This document shows positions 37,588-51,353 of a stretch of 64,000 nt of DNA, piece after piece. The position numbers and the translations under genes are program-made. Each line of letters starts with the position of its first letter. The stretch's first letter is position 1. The notes under the pieces were generated by a model. The model saw only the letters and a list, made by a program, of their open reading frames with translations, did no database searches and was not told the DNA's origin. Source of the stretch: Eledone cirrhosa (taxonomy: Eukaryota); NCBI GenBank assembly GCA_964016885.1, contig OZ024745.1:81902001-81966000 (forward strand). Direction: 5' to 3'.

Positions 37588-40289
37588 TATAAATAGTACA
37601 AATGTGTTGTTTATTTCAAGCACACTCAGATATAAAAGGTATAGAGTTGCATGTCTAATCCTTTTATATTCGTTTTTCGAGTTGTTGTCCCCACCCCCTG
37701 CTTTTAAATAGAGAATGAATGAATAATAGAGAACATGTATGTAGTTTGAAAATGTATTTATGAATCAACTCAGGGAAAACATTGTTTCTCTTTTGTTTTG
37801 TTTTTTTCTCTCCCTATTTTGGATTTTTTATCAGAATTTGTCCTCTGGAATTATTAGAAAGACAGAGAACTATCTTTGAAAAAATCAATTTGGTAAGTTA
37901 TGGAATAATAAAAAGAGAGGACTATTTCATGTACATTATAGAATATATTTGCACTTTTTTTTGTATTAATGTGTATGATGTATTTTACATGCACAGATAG
38001 TGATGAACTGGCAGCCATTAGAGCAATGATAAAATGCCTTGCAGTATTTGATCTGACTCTTGTGTTCTGAGCTCAAATCCCACCTAGGTCAACTTTGCCT
38101 TTCCTCCTTTTGGGATCAATAAAATAAAGTATTAGTCTAGAATGGTAGAGGGGTGGAATCAATAGAATGTTGCCCATCTAGTATTTGTTATTCTGGTGTT
38201 TTGAGTTGAAATCCTGCTGTGGCCTTACTTGGGTAGTAGGCATAATCCACCTCCACCACCCAGTTTAACCCCCACCACTAACCTTTTAGTTCTTTTTTTT
38301 AAGTCTACTCTGTTGCAAGCATTTAGGCCAGGTCTCCAGTTTCATGATACTCTCCTTTCACTAGGTTTGTTGACCCCTCCCTCTCTCATTAAAAATGTAA
38401 AAAAAATAATAAAAAATACAACTTCATATTAAGATTATTTACTAAGATTATTGAAAAATTAGAAATTTGAAAAAAAATTAAGCCTACTAATTGTTAATTT
38501 TTTACTTTTACTACACTTGTTTAAAGAATACCTAATACTTTTCAAAGCCTGGCATTATGGTTTTATATAGATTTTATTTTCCTTGCAATGATATTTAGTT
38601 AGATGCTAAGAGGAATCTGTGTGAATGTAACTGAAGCAAAATAAGGGACTTCTTGACAATCATATTAACATGACTAGGGCTAACATTTGTTTAATTCCTT
38701 CTCTGTTGAGTTATGTGTAGCTTTTGTTTTATCACTGGAAAGAGAAGTTATATTTTAGTATTACCAAATACACATACACTTTCTGTCTTTTTCTTTCTTC
38801 CAAATACATACAATCACACACATATTCTTTCTCAAAGATACACACTTTCTTGCTGTCTTTCTTCCAAATATACACATTTTCTCCCCAACACACACAATCT
38901 CTTTCCCAAATACATACACACTCTCCCTCTTTCCTTCTCACTACCACACATTCTCTCTATCTCTTTCTTTCTCAATTCTTTATTTGTTTCTACAGTGTAT
39001 CTTTCATCATTCTGCCAGTAACTTGTACCCACCACTAAATCAGATTTTATTCAGAGAAAAGAAATTGCTGCTGCTTTAAAAAAAACAACCCTTTTAGTAT
39101 TTTTGATAAAAATACAAACTGCAGTACACAATTGTGGAAATGAGTAGTCAGTCCCCCCCCCCTCCCTCCAACACACACACATTTTATACATGGAGTGTCT
39201 GTGATCCAAATGCCAGGAAGACTATAAATCAAAGTGGTACTTGATGAGATAAGATACAGTGTGGGTATATTAGGTAAAAGTCTGACTGAGTGTTCTGCAG
39301 TTTCAGCTTGTAACCTCTCCTATTTCCTTGAAGCTTTGAGAGGTTACTCTGAAATGTCTGACCTCACGGTTGGACCATAACCTTATTAATACACACAGAT
39401 AGGAGTGTGTTTAGAGAACTAGAAAAACCAAAAATAAGCCCTGTAGAAATAGATTTAGTACACATCTACATTCTATCTAGTGTTGCGGCCTTATTGCTTT
39501 GTTTTATTAATCTATTAAGGGATGTATTCCATCTGTTAAGAAATAGACAGTATGAAAACTATAGAAATAATATCCTAGTTTATCTTCGCACCCCTACATG
39601 TATGAATACATTTTCAAATCATATATATATACGCACACAAGTTAGGTGATTTTTCTTTCATATTCTCCGAAAAAAATTTAACAACAATTTATTTTTTTTA
39701 TCAAGTAATCATCATCATCCTCATTATTATTATTTTTTTTCTTGGAGTCTGTCATTGATGTTATTTAACTGGGAAATTTGTTCAAATGAACATCAAGCCA
39801 CTACCTGTAGCCTCAGATATTCAGGGCATATCGGAGGGTTCTTGCTGTTCCCAGCAAGCCTGCCTTTTGAAGTGTTAAAAAAAAGGGGCTGGACTAACGT
39901 TGTTATTATTATTATTATTATTATTTATTTGATAATGATATTTAATTGTGAGCCTTTTTACTCTGAGTTCAAATCCTGCCAGAGTCAACTTTGCCTTTCA
40001 TTCTTCCAATGTTTGCTGAAGAATAGACTAATAATATATACTAAATCAACTCAAATGACTATGTCCTTTCCTTAAAAATTAACCAACCAATATAATTATT
40101 TATTTTTTTATTTGTAAGTTATTTTATTTCCATTCTTTCTCTCTCTCTCTTGTTCTCCCCACCCTCTCTCTCTCTCTTGTTCTCCCCACCCCTCTCTCTG
40201 TCGTCGTCCCCCCTCTCATTCTCTCCCCCTCTCACTTATTGTGTATGTATAGTTGCAGTCCAGTTTAGTAGGTTGGCTACAGGTTAAAT

Positions 40290-40495
40290 TGCAGTGTGTG
40301 TATACAAAAGGGTGTATAGCTACAGTGTGTGTATACAAACGTATGTATAGCTACAGTGTGTGTGTGTGTGTATACAAACGTATGTATAGCTGCAGTGTGT
40401 GTCTATACAAACGTATGTATAGCTACAGTGTGTGTGTATACAAACATATGTATAGTTGCAGTGTGTGTGTGTATACAAACGTATATAGCTACAAT
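40290..40495 (+). repeat. Tandem repeat of about 30 bp, (GT)nATACAAACGTATGTATAGCTACA, about six copies
   Basis: Directly visible. Confidence 0.85.
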
Positions 40496-41584
40496 CCAAA
40501 TTAGCAGATTGGCTGAAAGTTAAATCGCAATGTTTGCATACAAATGTGTAAATGGATACATCTTAAATTCTGTTAAAGTAACCATTTCTCAGGTTATATC
40601 ATCTAGATTCTATCATCTTGCATGTTGATTCTTTGTTTTTTGTTTTTTTTTCTTCTTTTGCCATTTTTTCCTCTATATCTTTTTTTTTTTTTTTTTTTTT
40701 TAAATCAACCTGTGACACTTAGTGTACATAATGAATATTTGAGGTGAGCCAAACAATTAATGGTGCTATCCTGACTTACCAGTTTTTCCATAATCTTCAG
40801 CTTACATAATCTTCAGCTGCATAGATATTTCTATATCAAGGGAGTGAATGGAGCTACTTTGATTCTGAGGGTCAATATATCCAACTATTGAATCAACTGA
40901 ACAGTCTCATGGATTATATATAATTTAAGTGGCTAAGTATTCCTACACACACGCGCACACGCACAAAGATTACAGTAACGCAATATGTCAAGACTGGCTC
41001 AGTGAATTCCAGGTACGACCCATATGGGTTCCTATAGTTTACATCTAGCCTGTTTCACTCTAAGCTTGGGTTCATTCGATATATACCCGAAAGGACTTAC
41101 ATCGTGTGCTTGAGTACTTAGCAATCTGTGTAATTTCAAGAGCCTGTTTGTGTAATTATGTTTGTACACACCCACGTTTGTGGCTGTGAAATCAATGCAA
41201 ATTATAAAGATGTGTGTTTAGTAACTGGCATATATATATATAAATGAAGAGCAAGAGAATATATTTAGAAATCTAAAAATAAATGTTTATGCTTTAATGT
41301 TTTTACTGATAAAATATTTGCTGCACAGACAAAAGTGTAAATAATCAAAATTGGAAAGGATTCTATTTTTCTAGGTAGCCCGAGAAAGCTTCACTGGTGG
41401 TCCCTGGTCTGTAAAGCAGGACAGAGGAAGATTAACCATACTTATTCTTTCTATCTATGCTCATACATAAACACAAATGCTCTTCAAGATAATTGACAGT
41501 GTATATATGTATTTACATACAAACATAATTGTATGTAGGTATGTATACGTGCTGCACACACACATTCATTATTTTGATATCAAA

Positions 41585-41765
41585 GGGCGGTGGATTGGCA
41601 GTATCGGTGGAGGGTCGGACGCCATGCTTTCCAGCATAGTTACGTCCCTTTACGATCTGAGTTCAAATCCCGCCGAGGTTGACTTTGCCTTTCATCCTTA
41701 CGGGTTCGATAAAATAAAGTACCAGTAATGCACTGGGTAATTGCTGCCTAAAGTAGAAACAATTA
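41585..41765 (+). mobile_element. Abundant tRNA-derived SINE with a Meta-like core (representative copy)
   Basis: GAGTTCAAATCC B box and core GACTTTGCCTTTCATCCTTACGGG..CGATAAAATAAAGTACCAG. Many other copies in both orientations (near 50, 6950, 11120, 22230, 26770, 31170, 33000, 38010, 48200, 57000). Confidence 0.8.
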
Positions 41766-43319
41766 TTTTGATATCATTTGGAGAGTTATATTGTTACCTG
41801 TCTTTACTTTCATCAAAATCTGAGTGTTTCATCTAATCTTAGATTTAAAATTGGTTGATTAGTTTACTAAATAATATAGTATAAGGTTATAATAGATTTT
41901 CTATGAACAATGTAATAGTTGTATTACTTTTTGGTTACATTATAAATGTATAATGCTGCTGCTGTGTGTGTGTTTACACGCACACACACTCGCACACAGT
42001 GTTTGCATACATATATGTAAGAATCAGAGAAAGCTTGTTTAGGCTGAGGTAAGCCATCAGCATCGCTTTTACAGTTTTCCTTGCTGGCGTGGGTTGGGTG
42101 GGACTTTTTGAGGCAATGCTTAACAGCTAGATGCTCTTCTTAACACCAGCCATTTCATTTGCTTCTTTGGATACAGGGATATGGTGCACCTAGTCTAAAC
42201 TGGCCAAGGGGATACACACATGTATGTATATATATATATATATATATATATACTAACACACACACACAAGTATGCATTTATATATATATATATATATATA
42301 TACAAATGTGTGTGTATATGTATATATAAAAATGTGTGTGTGTGTATATATACATGCGTGTATGTGTATATATGCACATATATATATGCCTAAATATATT
42401 GAAAAAAACAGTTAAAGACTCGCGTTAATCCCCTGTAATTTTATGAGCTCAAGGAATAAATTACTGGACTCTCAATAATATAGTATATAGAGAAAAAAAC
42501 GGGTTATATTTTTATTTACATAAATGAAAACATAACCCCTTTTTGTGTTTGCTTCTCTATATACTGTATTATATATTGTATATATGCGTATATTTATATA
42601 TATATATATATATATCATCATCATGGAAGATAGACATTAAACGATGATGATATATATATATATATATATACATACATATATACATATATATATATGAATT
42701 ACGATACAAAGAATTCCCACATTAAAATATATTTGTTGTATATTGACTTACATTTGTAATGTTTGATATACATTATAAACACATTTTAAAGTGAAACTTC
42801 ATTATATCATACTTCATATATACACTTTGTTATATCATTGAGTGCTCACATTGGTGCCATCTCCAGTAATCAACTAAATTACTGAATAACAAGAAAAATC
42901 AAAGGAAAAAAGAGTGTTCCATGTATAATACAGAGCTATTTAATTAGGAAGTTAACTACTCCACTATATCATAGACATTTGATTAATATTATCTAGGGTC
43001 CTGAAACATTTGGTATTGTTGTGTTGTTTACTTCCTAATTAAATATATATATGTGTGTGTGTGCGTGTGCATATATATACATACACACACGTGTGCGCGC
43101 AGACATATGGAAATAGAATTAGGAGCTTTCACCAAAAATTGGCTATAGAAAGTAGTCTAATATTAAGGCATATGAACTCCCATAACTGAAAACATGTGCA
43201 TTAGCATGTATGGGAATTGAACTCACACCTCTTATTTTCATATGCCCTAATATTCTATTTTTAATTGCCACCATATCCTTATTCACATGTGCTTTCATAT
43301 ATATACATACATATATAGC

Positions 43320-44045
43320 ACTTGGTAGCAAACCTATCTAGTGCATGTTGGTGATCACCTTCTGACGAGTTAAGTAATACCATATCGCCTGTAAATTCCA
43401 GCCAGTTGATCTTACACCCGCCAATCATGATATCACTTCCATTCCGACTGCGCATGTCAATCCTGTCAATGAAGATTATGAACAGAAGTGATGACAGTAC
43501 GCACTCTTGGTGGAGTCTGACACCGACATTGAATGGTTTCGACTTAACACCATTTATCCGAATACAAATATTAGGGCATTCATATAGAGACATGAGGGCT
43601 GCAAAAAGCTGTCCATCAATCCCATATTCCTGCAGAATGTTTCATGACAGGTTCCTTTTAAAGAAGCCTGCACAGTGCACACTATATGTGAGTGTGCTTT
43701 CACTGAAGTATGTGGAGAAGTTCAAGTATCTTGAGACTGTGTTCATGAGTGATGGAAGGCAAGAGGGTAAAATAAGTGCATTTGCTAATCAGAAGTGAGG
43801 TAGGTGTAAAAGCCAAACTCACTATCTTCAATTCAGTATTCAAGCCAACCCATTCCTGTGGGTAATGACAGAAAGAATATGGTCGGGAATACAAGTGATT
43901 GAAATGGGGCTTCTCTGAAGGGGTCTAACATTACTTGATAGCGCGCTTAGCTCAGAGTCCAGAAAGTCACTACTTCAAATTGAGAAATCACAATATTATA
44001 GACATTTAGTTAGAATGTCTCAGGAAAGAATTGGTTGACAGACTT
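43320..44045. mobile_element. RTE-type LINE fragment with 5' inversion
   Basis: The minus segment encodes RT (FNVGVRLHQECVLSSLLF...LEFTGDMVLL). The adjacent plus segment from about 43640 continues with VEKFKYL. Confidence 0.7.
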
Positions 44046-44547
44046 CTTCTTTGTTTGCTGCTTCTCTGAGGCCTTGTATTATGGTTGGATGACCCTACTG
44101 TTGCTAACCAAATTAGTTACATCTGTGTGTGTGTGTGTATCAACAAGATGCTTCATTTTTAATATTTTAGCTTAAGGCTTTTTACTTAAAAATACTGTCT
44201 TATTGCAGAAATGTTTTTTTTTATACAGACTCTAAAATGTTATGTAACAAAACTTTTAAAGCTCCTCTCTACATATGTAACAGTTGGGTGATTTATTTTT
44301 GAAAAATTTATTATCAGTTATAAAGTACAAGGAAATTTATTGTTAGATCTCTTACTGAAGATATGCAATAATTTGTGTGTGTGTTTGTGATATTCTTGTT
44401 GGCCATTATATTGGTATTCTATATAGCAAACTCCCAGGAAAATACTAGGAAATATTTCAAGGTTTGGATGTGTGATAACTTTGTTCTACAAAATAACTGA
44501 ACAGTATTGTTGAACAGTGTTTCAACTTTGCTGAAACACTCATAAAT

Positions 44548-44588
<41 letters not shown>

Positions 44589-45103
44589 GCACTTCTGTAA
44601 ATATTCGATTGCTGTGTAAATATTGTACATTTTTTCTATGGGGTCTAATTTATTATGTTGCTGTGTTTCTTACCCCTTATGCCTATCAAATGTGTTTGTC
44701 TACTCATCAACTTCTTGATCTCATTTGTTTGTTTTCCTTTTCAATTATTTAAAAAAAAAAGATTCAGTTACTATTATAAGGTTTCTGATTGTTTTTCTGA
44801 ATATATCTGAATTAAAATTACATTTTCTGCCAACGATTTGTAGCCTTAATAATTACCATCAACAGACTACTTGGAACTTTAAAACGCAAATAAAAAGAAA
44901 TTTTAAAGTTTTCTTGTTTTCTGTTTTTGATAATTGGTATCTTTCGGGAAACCTGCAGATGTTCCATTTTGGTATGGAGATCATTAGTACCAAGGTATAT
45001 TGCATTCGTCATAGTTTAGATCAAAATTTGTTGAACATTACTTTAGAAACATTTCTAAAATTGTTAAAGGTGTTAATTTTCTACATTTTATTGGTCACTT
45101 GCT

Positions 45104-46352
45104 CCTCTGGTGACATGTTGGATCAGAGGTTTGCATAATACACTTCATACTATTCTTCTCTACCATTATCGGCATTTACAGGATCTTCTGACTGTGCTCA
45201 CATTGTCTAAATGACTAATTTACACGTAGTATTGCCTCTTACTGCTGGAAATGACTTTTCTTTTTTAAATTAGTATTTTTCTCACTCGTAAATATGGTTG
45301 CAGTTTTCTACAGTAAGCTTTGTGTGAATCAGTCATTTTTACTTTAGTGAATACCTATTTCTTGTTAGTTTACTTCATTGTACATTCTGCATGATATGTT
45401 GACTCATAGTTCCCTACTGTATACTCAATGACAGTTGGGAACTTTGATTCCTATATCGTGAGTATGTTTGACAATCTAAGGTGACATGTTGGACCTTAGA
45501 GCTGTATACTAATGAAAAAAGTGTTTTTTGCTCACAACCAAACAAGAAACTCAAGACTTTTATTGAAGATGAGCATGAACAAATCTATTGAGCTTATTTT
45601 TTTTAATGTTTTCAATCATGTACAAATAGATGGTCTCTTAATTTATGTCTATACATTTCAATATGCTATGTTCATTAATAGAAGTCTTGCTTGATTTCTT
45701 GCTTTTGTCAGCAAATCCACTCCATTTAGGCCTTATTGTTGAAAGTATTATGTAGTTGATAATTTGTCTTCCCAGAAAATGTGAGGAAGGCTTTCTTTCA
45801 GATAAATGTTTGGGAACCTTACAAATGCTATGAGGGTTGTTGTATTTGTGCGCATATTTGTATAATGGGTCAGCAAGAGTGTAGACCCTATATATAGAAA
45901 TGTACACATATCCAACACTCTTTCTCACTGAACCAAGTTCGATAAAAAAGTTACACATCCACATGAAATATCTGTCCATTTGCTTCATTACTTTTAAAAA
46001 CAGAGCTCTACGCTACCAATCTATAGCTGAATTTAATATTATTTCCTGGTTTTATGATAAATTCAGAGAACCTTTAATAGAATATTTTTTTAGAATGCTA
46101 GATATTATTAATGATATATTTAACCATAAGGTTTTGTTTTGTAGCAGTGGCATGAACACATTAATGTCAAGTTTCTGTGCACAAAAAGGCCTATTCTGTG
46201 CTAGACTGTTGCTGAAAGCTTTAGATATATGAAATATCCTATTAATTTAATCCATTTTTAGATATGCAGGGAAACACCAAGTCTCTATTGCTTTCAGTTA
46301 TTGAAACTGTAGCTCTGGTAAGGTTTTCTTAGGTGACATGTTGGACCTAAGA
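45104..46352 (+). promoter_or_regulatory. Three copies of a conserved stem-loop (45104-45129, 45475-45500, 46327-46352), putative cis-regulatory RNA element
   Basis: Invariant 10-nt loop GACATGTTGG closed by 8-bp stems of differing sequence: CCTCTGGT/ATCAGAGG, TCTAAGGT/ACCTTAGA, TCTTAGGT/ACCTAAGA. Confidence 0.6.
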
Positions 46353-48199
46353 TTTGCACAGTTTTGCTTCTCTTTAATGCCTTCAAAAATGTTCAGATCA
46401 GCTTTTGCTTTAAATTATCATATATTTGTAAAAACTATATTGAAAATATAAGAATTTTATTAAAGTTGACAGAAACTCTACTTCCAGCTTCATTTATTTA
46501 TTTATTTATTTTCTTTTAGAAAAATAAACTGAAAAGTGTGGGAATTGTTGAAAATATTGTGTGTATACCTACCTCAATGTCAGTTTCTAACGGTGATTAT
46601 CATCTTGCTGTAAAGGGACCAACCAGGAACTTATGTGAAACTCAATTGAAATAAAGCTCTTTTCAGCATATCAATCTCAAGCATGTCTTATTTCATAACA
46701 CATGCTTGAGATTTTAACAAATAGCTTTACCCACAAACTATTATTGTGTCAACTGATTTTTTTCTCAACTTATAACAGTTGCTTCTTATTATGCTTTTCT
46801 AAGAAGTTATAAAACTAAACCCACCAGAATAATGAGTGGCATTGTTGCAGTTTCTTTAATATATCTTCTGACGTCTAGGTGAAACTTAATCTTCTCTTAT
46901 AAGATATAATATATTGCTATAAATTATCAACTTGAATTCACTCTCATTATTATGTTGAACAAATATTTAAAACCAGCGAAAACATTCCCAAATTATTTAC
47001 TTCAATCACTGATTTTGACTGACTACTATTAAACATCTCTCTTAACTAGTGAATGGACTAACTTATTTGGAATGAATTTTCTAAATGTTTAGTTTCAGTC
47101 AGCATTATATAGTATTTAACATAAGATGACTCTGATTATTATAAACTTCTTTTAATAGTAATTTTCTTATCGATAGTGGCTATATTAGATTTTATATATA
47201 TATATACACACAAGGTGTGTAAATAAAGATACTAAGGTAAATGCACTGGACTGCAATTTAAACAATAATCTAATTTCCAGAACAAACTCACTCATCTGAA
47301 GTGATATAAAATAAATTAAATAAAATAAAAGAATGCTGGATAGTAAATATATAAAAACAAATTACATTCATTATTTGAATTATCTCGTTTTACGAAAAAA
47401 TGAGAAAGAAACAACCAAAGTATTTTCCAATCAATTTGTAAATTAGATGTCTAGTGGGTGACTGTAATTCTAATGCGTAGTCAGTATATCAAGTATAGTT
47501 CAGCTGTAGGGCTCTGTGTCTAAAGTAATGATCATAAAGAATTTTTCTTGCTCATTTCTGTATAATATTATATCTTATTTTTGGCTAAGGTAACAATAGG
47601 AATTATGGAAAAACTGGTACTTTATTGTTAGTCTTTGAGATTTTTTTTTTTATAAATCCCATGTAAGTCATTTTCACTACTGCTAAATCAATTTGTTGAT
47701 GTCTGCATAATTTCTTCTCCATTTAGTTATGTTTTGTCAGCTAATTACAGTTGATGAGGGCAGGAAGAGCACCAGTGCTATGACTACTCTGTAACTATGA
47801 CATTCTACACCCATTTGAAAAATAAAAAAAAGAACGACATTTATAAAAAAAAAATAAAAAAAAGTGCACGCATGTTACTTGAGGCATTGAGTTTCTGACG
47901 TCAATGTCAAATCTCCTAATAACTGTAAAACTGTAGAATATTAGTGGAAATATAATTTTAGTAATGAATAAATTGTTTGTTCACTTAACACTGTTTTATG
48001 TTTTCTCTATTATATTTTCTATTCAGTATTGTGAGTTATTTGTGTGAGACCCACAAAATATGATATTGTGATTAACAGGTATCAACTATTTGAGGAAAAA
48101 AAAAACACAAGGAGCAAATTAGGTGAAATGACTTAAACAGGAATTTAAACCACATTACAAACACAGTTGTATAGGAGTTTATCACCATTTTGAAGTGAC

Positions 48200-48850
48200 A
48201 ACTTGGCAGAGATGTTAGGGCATTGGATAGAATGCTCTGCAGTATTCGTTCTGGTTCTGTGTGCTCTGAGTTCAAGCCCTGTGGAAATGTCAACCATGCC
48301 TTTCATCCTTTCGAGGTCGAGGAAAAAAAAAAGTACCAGTCAAGTACGGGTTGATTCTTCTGCTTTCTTTACTCTGATAGAAATTAGACTACGGCCATCA
48401 AGAGAATAAATAAATAAATAAATAAATGGATGAATGAATTTGTTCATACTGAGCGTGGTAATAATTGTTTCTACTTTTGGCACAAGGCCAGCAATTACCC
48501 AGTGCATTACTGGTACTTTATTTTATCGACCCCATAAGGATGAAAGGCAAAGTTAACCTCGGCGGGATTTGAACTCAGAATGGCAAGGGCCGTAACTATG
48601 CGTCAAAGAATGGTGTACGACCCTCTACCGATACTGCCAATCCACCGAGTGTGATAATAATAATTGTTTCTACTTTTGGCACCAGGGCGGCAATTAGCTA
48701 GTGCATTACTGGTACTTTATTTTATCGACCCCGTAAGGATAAAAGGCAAAGTTAACCTCAACGGGATTGAACTCAGACAGTAAAGGGACGCAATTATGCT
48801 AGAAAGCATGGCATCCAACCCTCTACCGATACTGCCAATTCACCACCCTT
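48200..48850. mobile_element. Cluster of three SINE copies (one plus, two tandem minus)
   Basis: Same core sequence as 41585-41765. Confidence 0.8.
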
Positions 48851-50009
48851 ATAATAATATATAACCACCACAATAACAATAATAACTATAGTAATAATGG
48901 AAGTGAGTATACATGTATATATACATACATACACACATGGCTTTATGCGCACACACATGCATACATATATGTCATCATCACTGTTTAACGTCCATTTTTT
49001 CCATGATGGCATGGGTTAGACGAGTTATCCTGTTGTGAGCAATGCCAGGTCAGGTGACTGTCTTGCTCATACAGAATTGATTTTGGAATCTATCATCAAA
49101 ATGGACACAGGGGATGCAGTCATGGAGTTGCTTCCCATGCAGTCCATGTCTGCTAGCAGAGTCAATTTTTCCAGGGCAGGAACTCGAGGCTTGGTTGATT
49201 CCCCTGATGCAGTGGCAATCATTGTTGTTATCAGGGTTGGCAAAGTTGGTACTAACTGCGGGAGTAGAACTGCTGCCGTATGTGTTGGCCTGGTTCTTAC
49301 TGCGAACCCATTTATGGTTGGTAGGATGATAAGTGTTGTCCTGGTCCATTTTTAGTGGTCATGATGGTTACCTTCAACATGAACGTTGTTTTTGGTAGGA
49401 TTGATAGATATGTAAAATCTTGACCGTTTTGTGTTGCAGTCAGGATTTTACATATCTCTGTACCCCCTTGGCATCTCGCTATGCATTGAGTACTCCCATG
49501 ATTAGTGGTCTTCTTGGTGTCAACACCGCACTTCTCTCTCTGTATATATACATGTAAAAGGTAAATCGAAATACCAAAACAAAAAACAGAGTACAGGAAA
49601 GAAATATATTATTTTAACGCTTGAAATAGGAGGAAGAATTACATACATATATTATTATTACTTTCAAAGTAAAGGGTGTCATGAATGCTACACAATCAAA
49701 CATGTCTTGTCTCTAAAAACAGCTCAAGATAGAATTCAGAGAATAAAATCGAGCCTTAATCATTATAAGAAAGTAAATGAAATATATTCATATACATATA
49801 AGTGTGCATTAAGATATATCAAAGCTTAAGACTATATACTTGAGTATGTTACATATATTGAGATTCATCCTGTACCTTAGATTTCGTAAATAATTCTCTT
49901 ATTTCTTCAGAGTCATATTCACATTAGTAAACAAAGTAAAAAATGCAAGTTTATCTTCAATTTCAGTTGCTATTCCATTACGTTGTTTTTCAATTTCTCT
50001 AACGACTGG

Positions 50010-51334
50010 GCTTGATTGACGGCCACCCAGCCCTCTTTCTGTTGAGGAACTGGTTCGCCGTGCCAAAGCTCCTCTATACCCTTCACAGCGCTCCGTGCTA
50101 CACTCACACATCTCTCCTCGCTGACCTCGATACTTGTATCCGAGAAGCAGCCGAGGAGATATGCAGCGTCAAGTTTGACGACATTGGATGGCAACAGGCC
50201 ACTTTACCTGTCAGGTATGGCGGTCTTGGCCTCCGATGCCCGATCTCACTGGCTTTGCCGGCGTATCTTTCGTCGGTAACCTCGTCAGCAGGGTTCTTCT
50301 AAATACAGAGAACGTGAGGCCACCTGTGGGACCGGCTGGGACTCAACCCAGTAGACGTTCCTCCTCCTTCTCTCTCCCTGTTGACGTCAAGTCCCCTCAA
50401 AGCGCTTGGGATGCCATTCAGTGCAGTCTGGCCTCAGACAGGCTCACGCATCAGCTCGACCAGCACCGCCTTGCCTGTTTTCGTGCGGCCTCCAAACCCC
50501 AAGGTGGTGCCTGGCTCCATGCCCTGCCCTCCTTCTCCACTGGCACGCAGCTAGACAATAATAGCCTGCACATTGGCGTTTCCTTCAGGCTCGGCCTGCG
50601 GATCTGCAAGCCACACCAATGTCGCTGCGGATCCACCGTGGACCCTTTCGGCCTCCACCCGCTTTCCTGTCACCACAGTGCCGGCCGCCTTCCACGCCAT
50701 GCTGCTCTCAACGTGGTCATAAATCATGGCTTGGATGCTGCAGGCTTCCCTTCCCAGCTCGAAACGGTGGGGCTGGACCGAGGGGACGGCAACGGCAAAA
50801 GACCAGATGGCATGACCATCTTCCCGTTCCGTGGTGGTAAGCCTCTCATCTGGGATGCCACCTGCACCAACACTTTCTGCAGCCGCAACCTGGTGCAGTC
50901 TGCGATTAACCCGGGTTCTGCTGCACGTCGGGCTGAGGAGGCTAAACTCCTCAAATACCGGTTGCTCTCCAACAGGTTTGCAGTTGTACCCCTGGCAGTG
51001 GAGACTTCTGGACTCCTTACCCTAGGGCTACCTCCCAACTCACCACCATAGGAGCTGTACAGCTGTAGGTGTGAGCCCTGCGAGTTGTAGTGGCTTTTCC
51101 AGCGCGTCTCCCTTGCTGTCCTCCGGGGAAACGTCTTCTCCATTCTGACCACCGGGGCTGTGGCGGAGCCCTATCGCGTATCATTCCATATTTAGTTGTG
51201 GTCGACGTGTGTGTGTTTGTATATATCGCTTCTGTTTTCATTCAGCATCATGTCATTCTTCGTTGCTTTTCTCTACTAATGAATTATATTTGGAAAAATA
51301 AACGTCTGCTTTTGTTTGTCACGATAAAAAAAAA
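50010..51334 (+). mobile_element. CRE-clade-like non-LTR retrotransposon (RT C-terminus, CCHC finger, restriction-like endonuclease), 5'-truncated
   Basis: WQQATLPVRYGGLGLR; GAWLHALP; CRCG..DPFGLHPLSC...RH; KRPDG; VPLAVETSG. GC-rich with frameshifts. AATAAA followed by a short poly(A) at 51326-51334. Confidence 0.8.
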
Positions 51335-51353
51335 GTATGTGTGTATATATATT

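Noticed and set aside
45111-45120. p53 response element reading of TGACATGTTG
   Set aside because: Single half-sites with two mismatches to RRRCWWGYYY, which do not explain the paired, covarying flanks.
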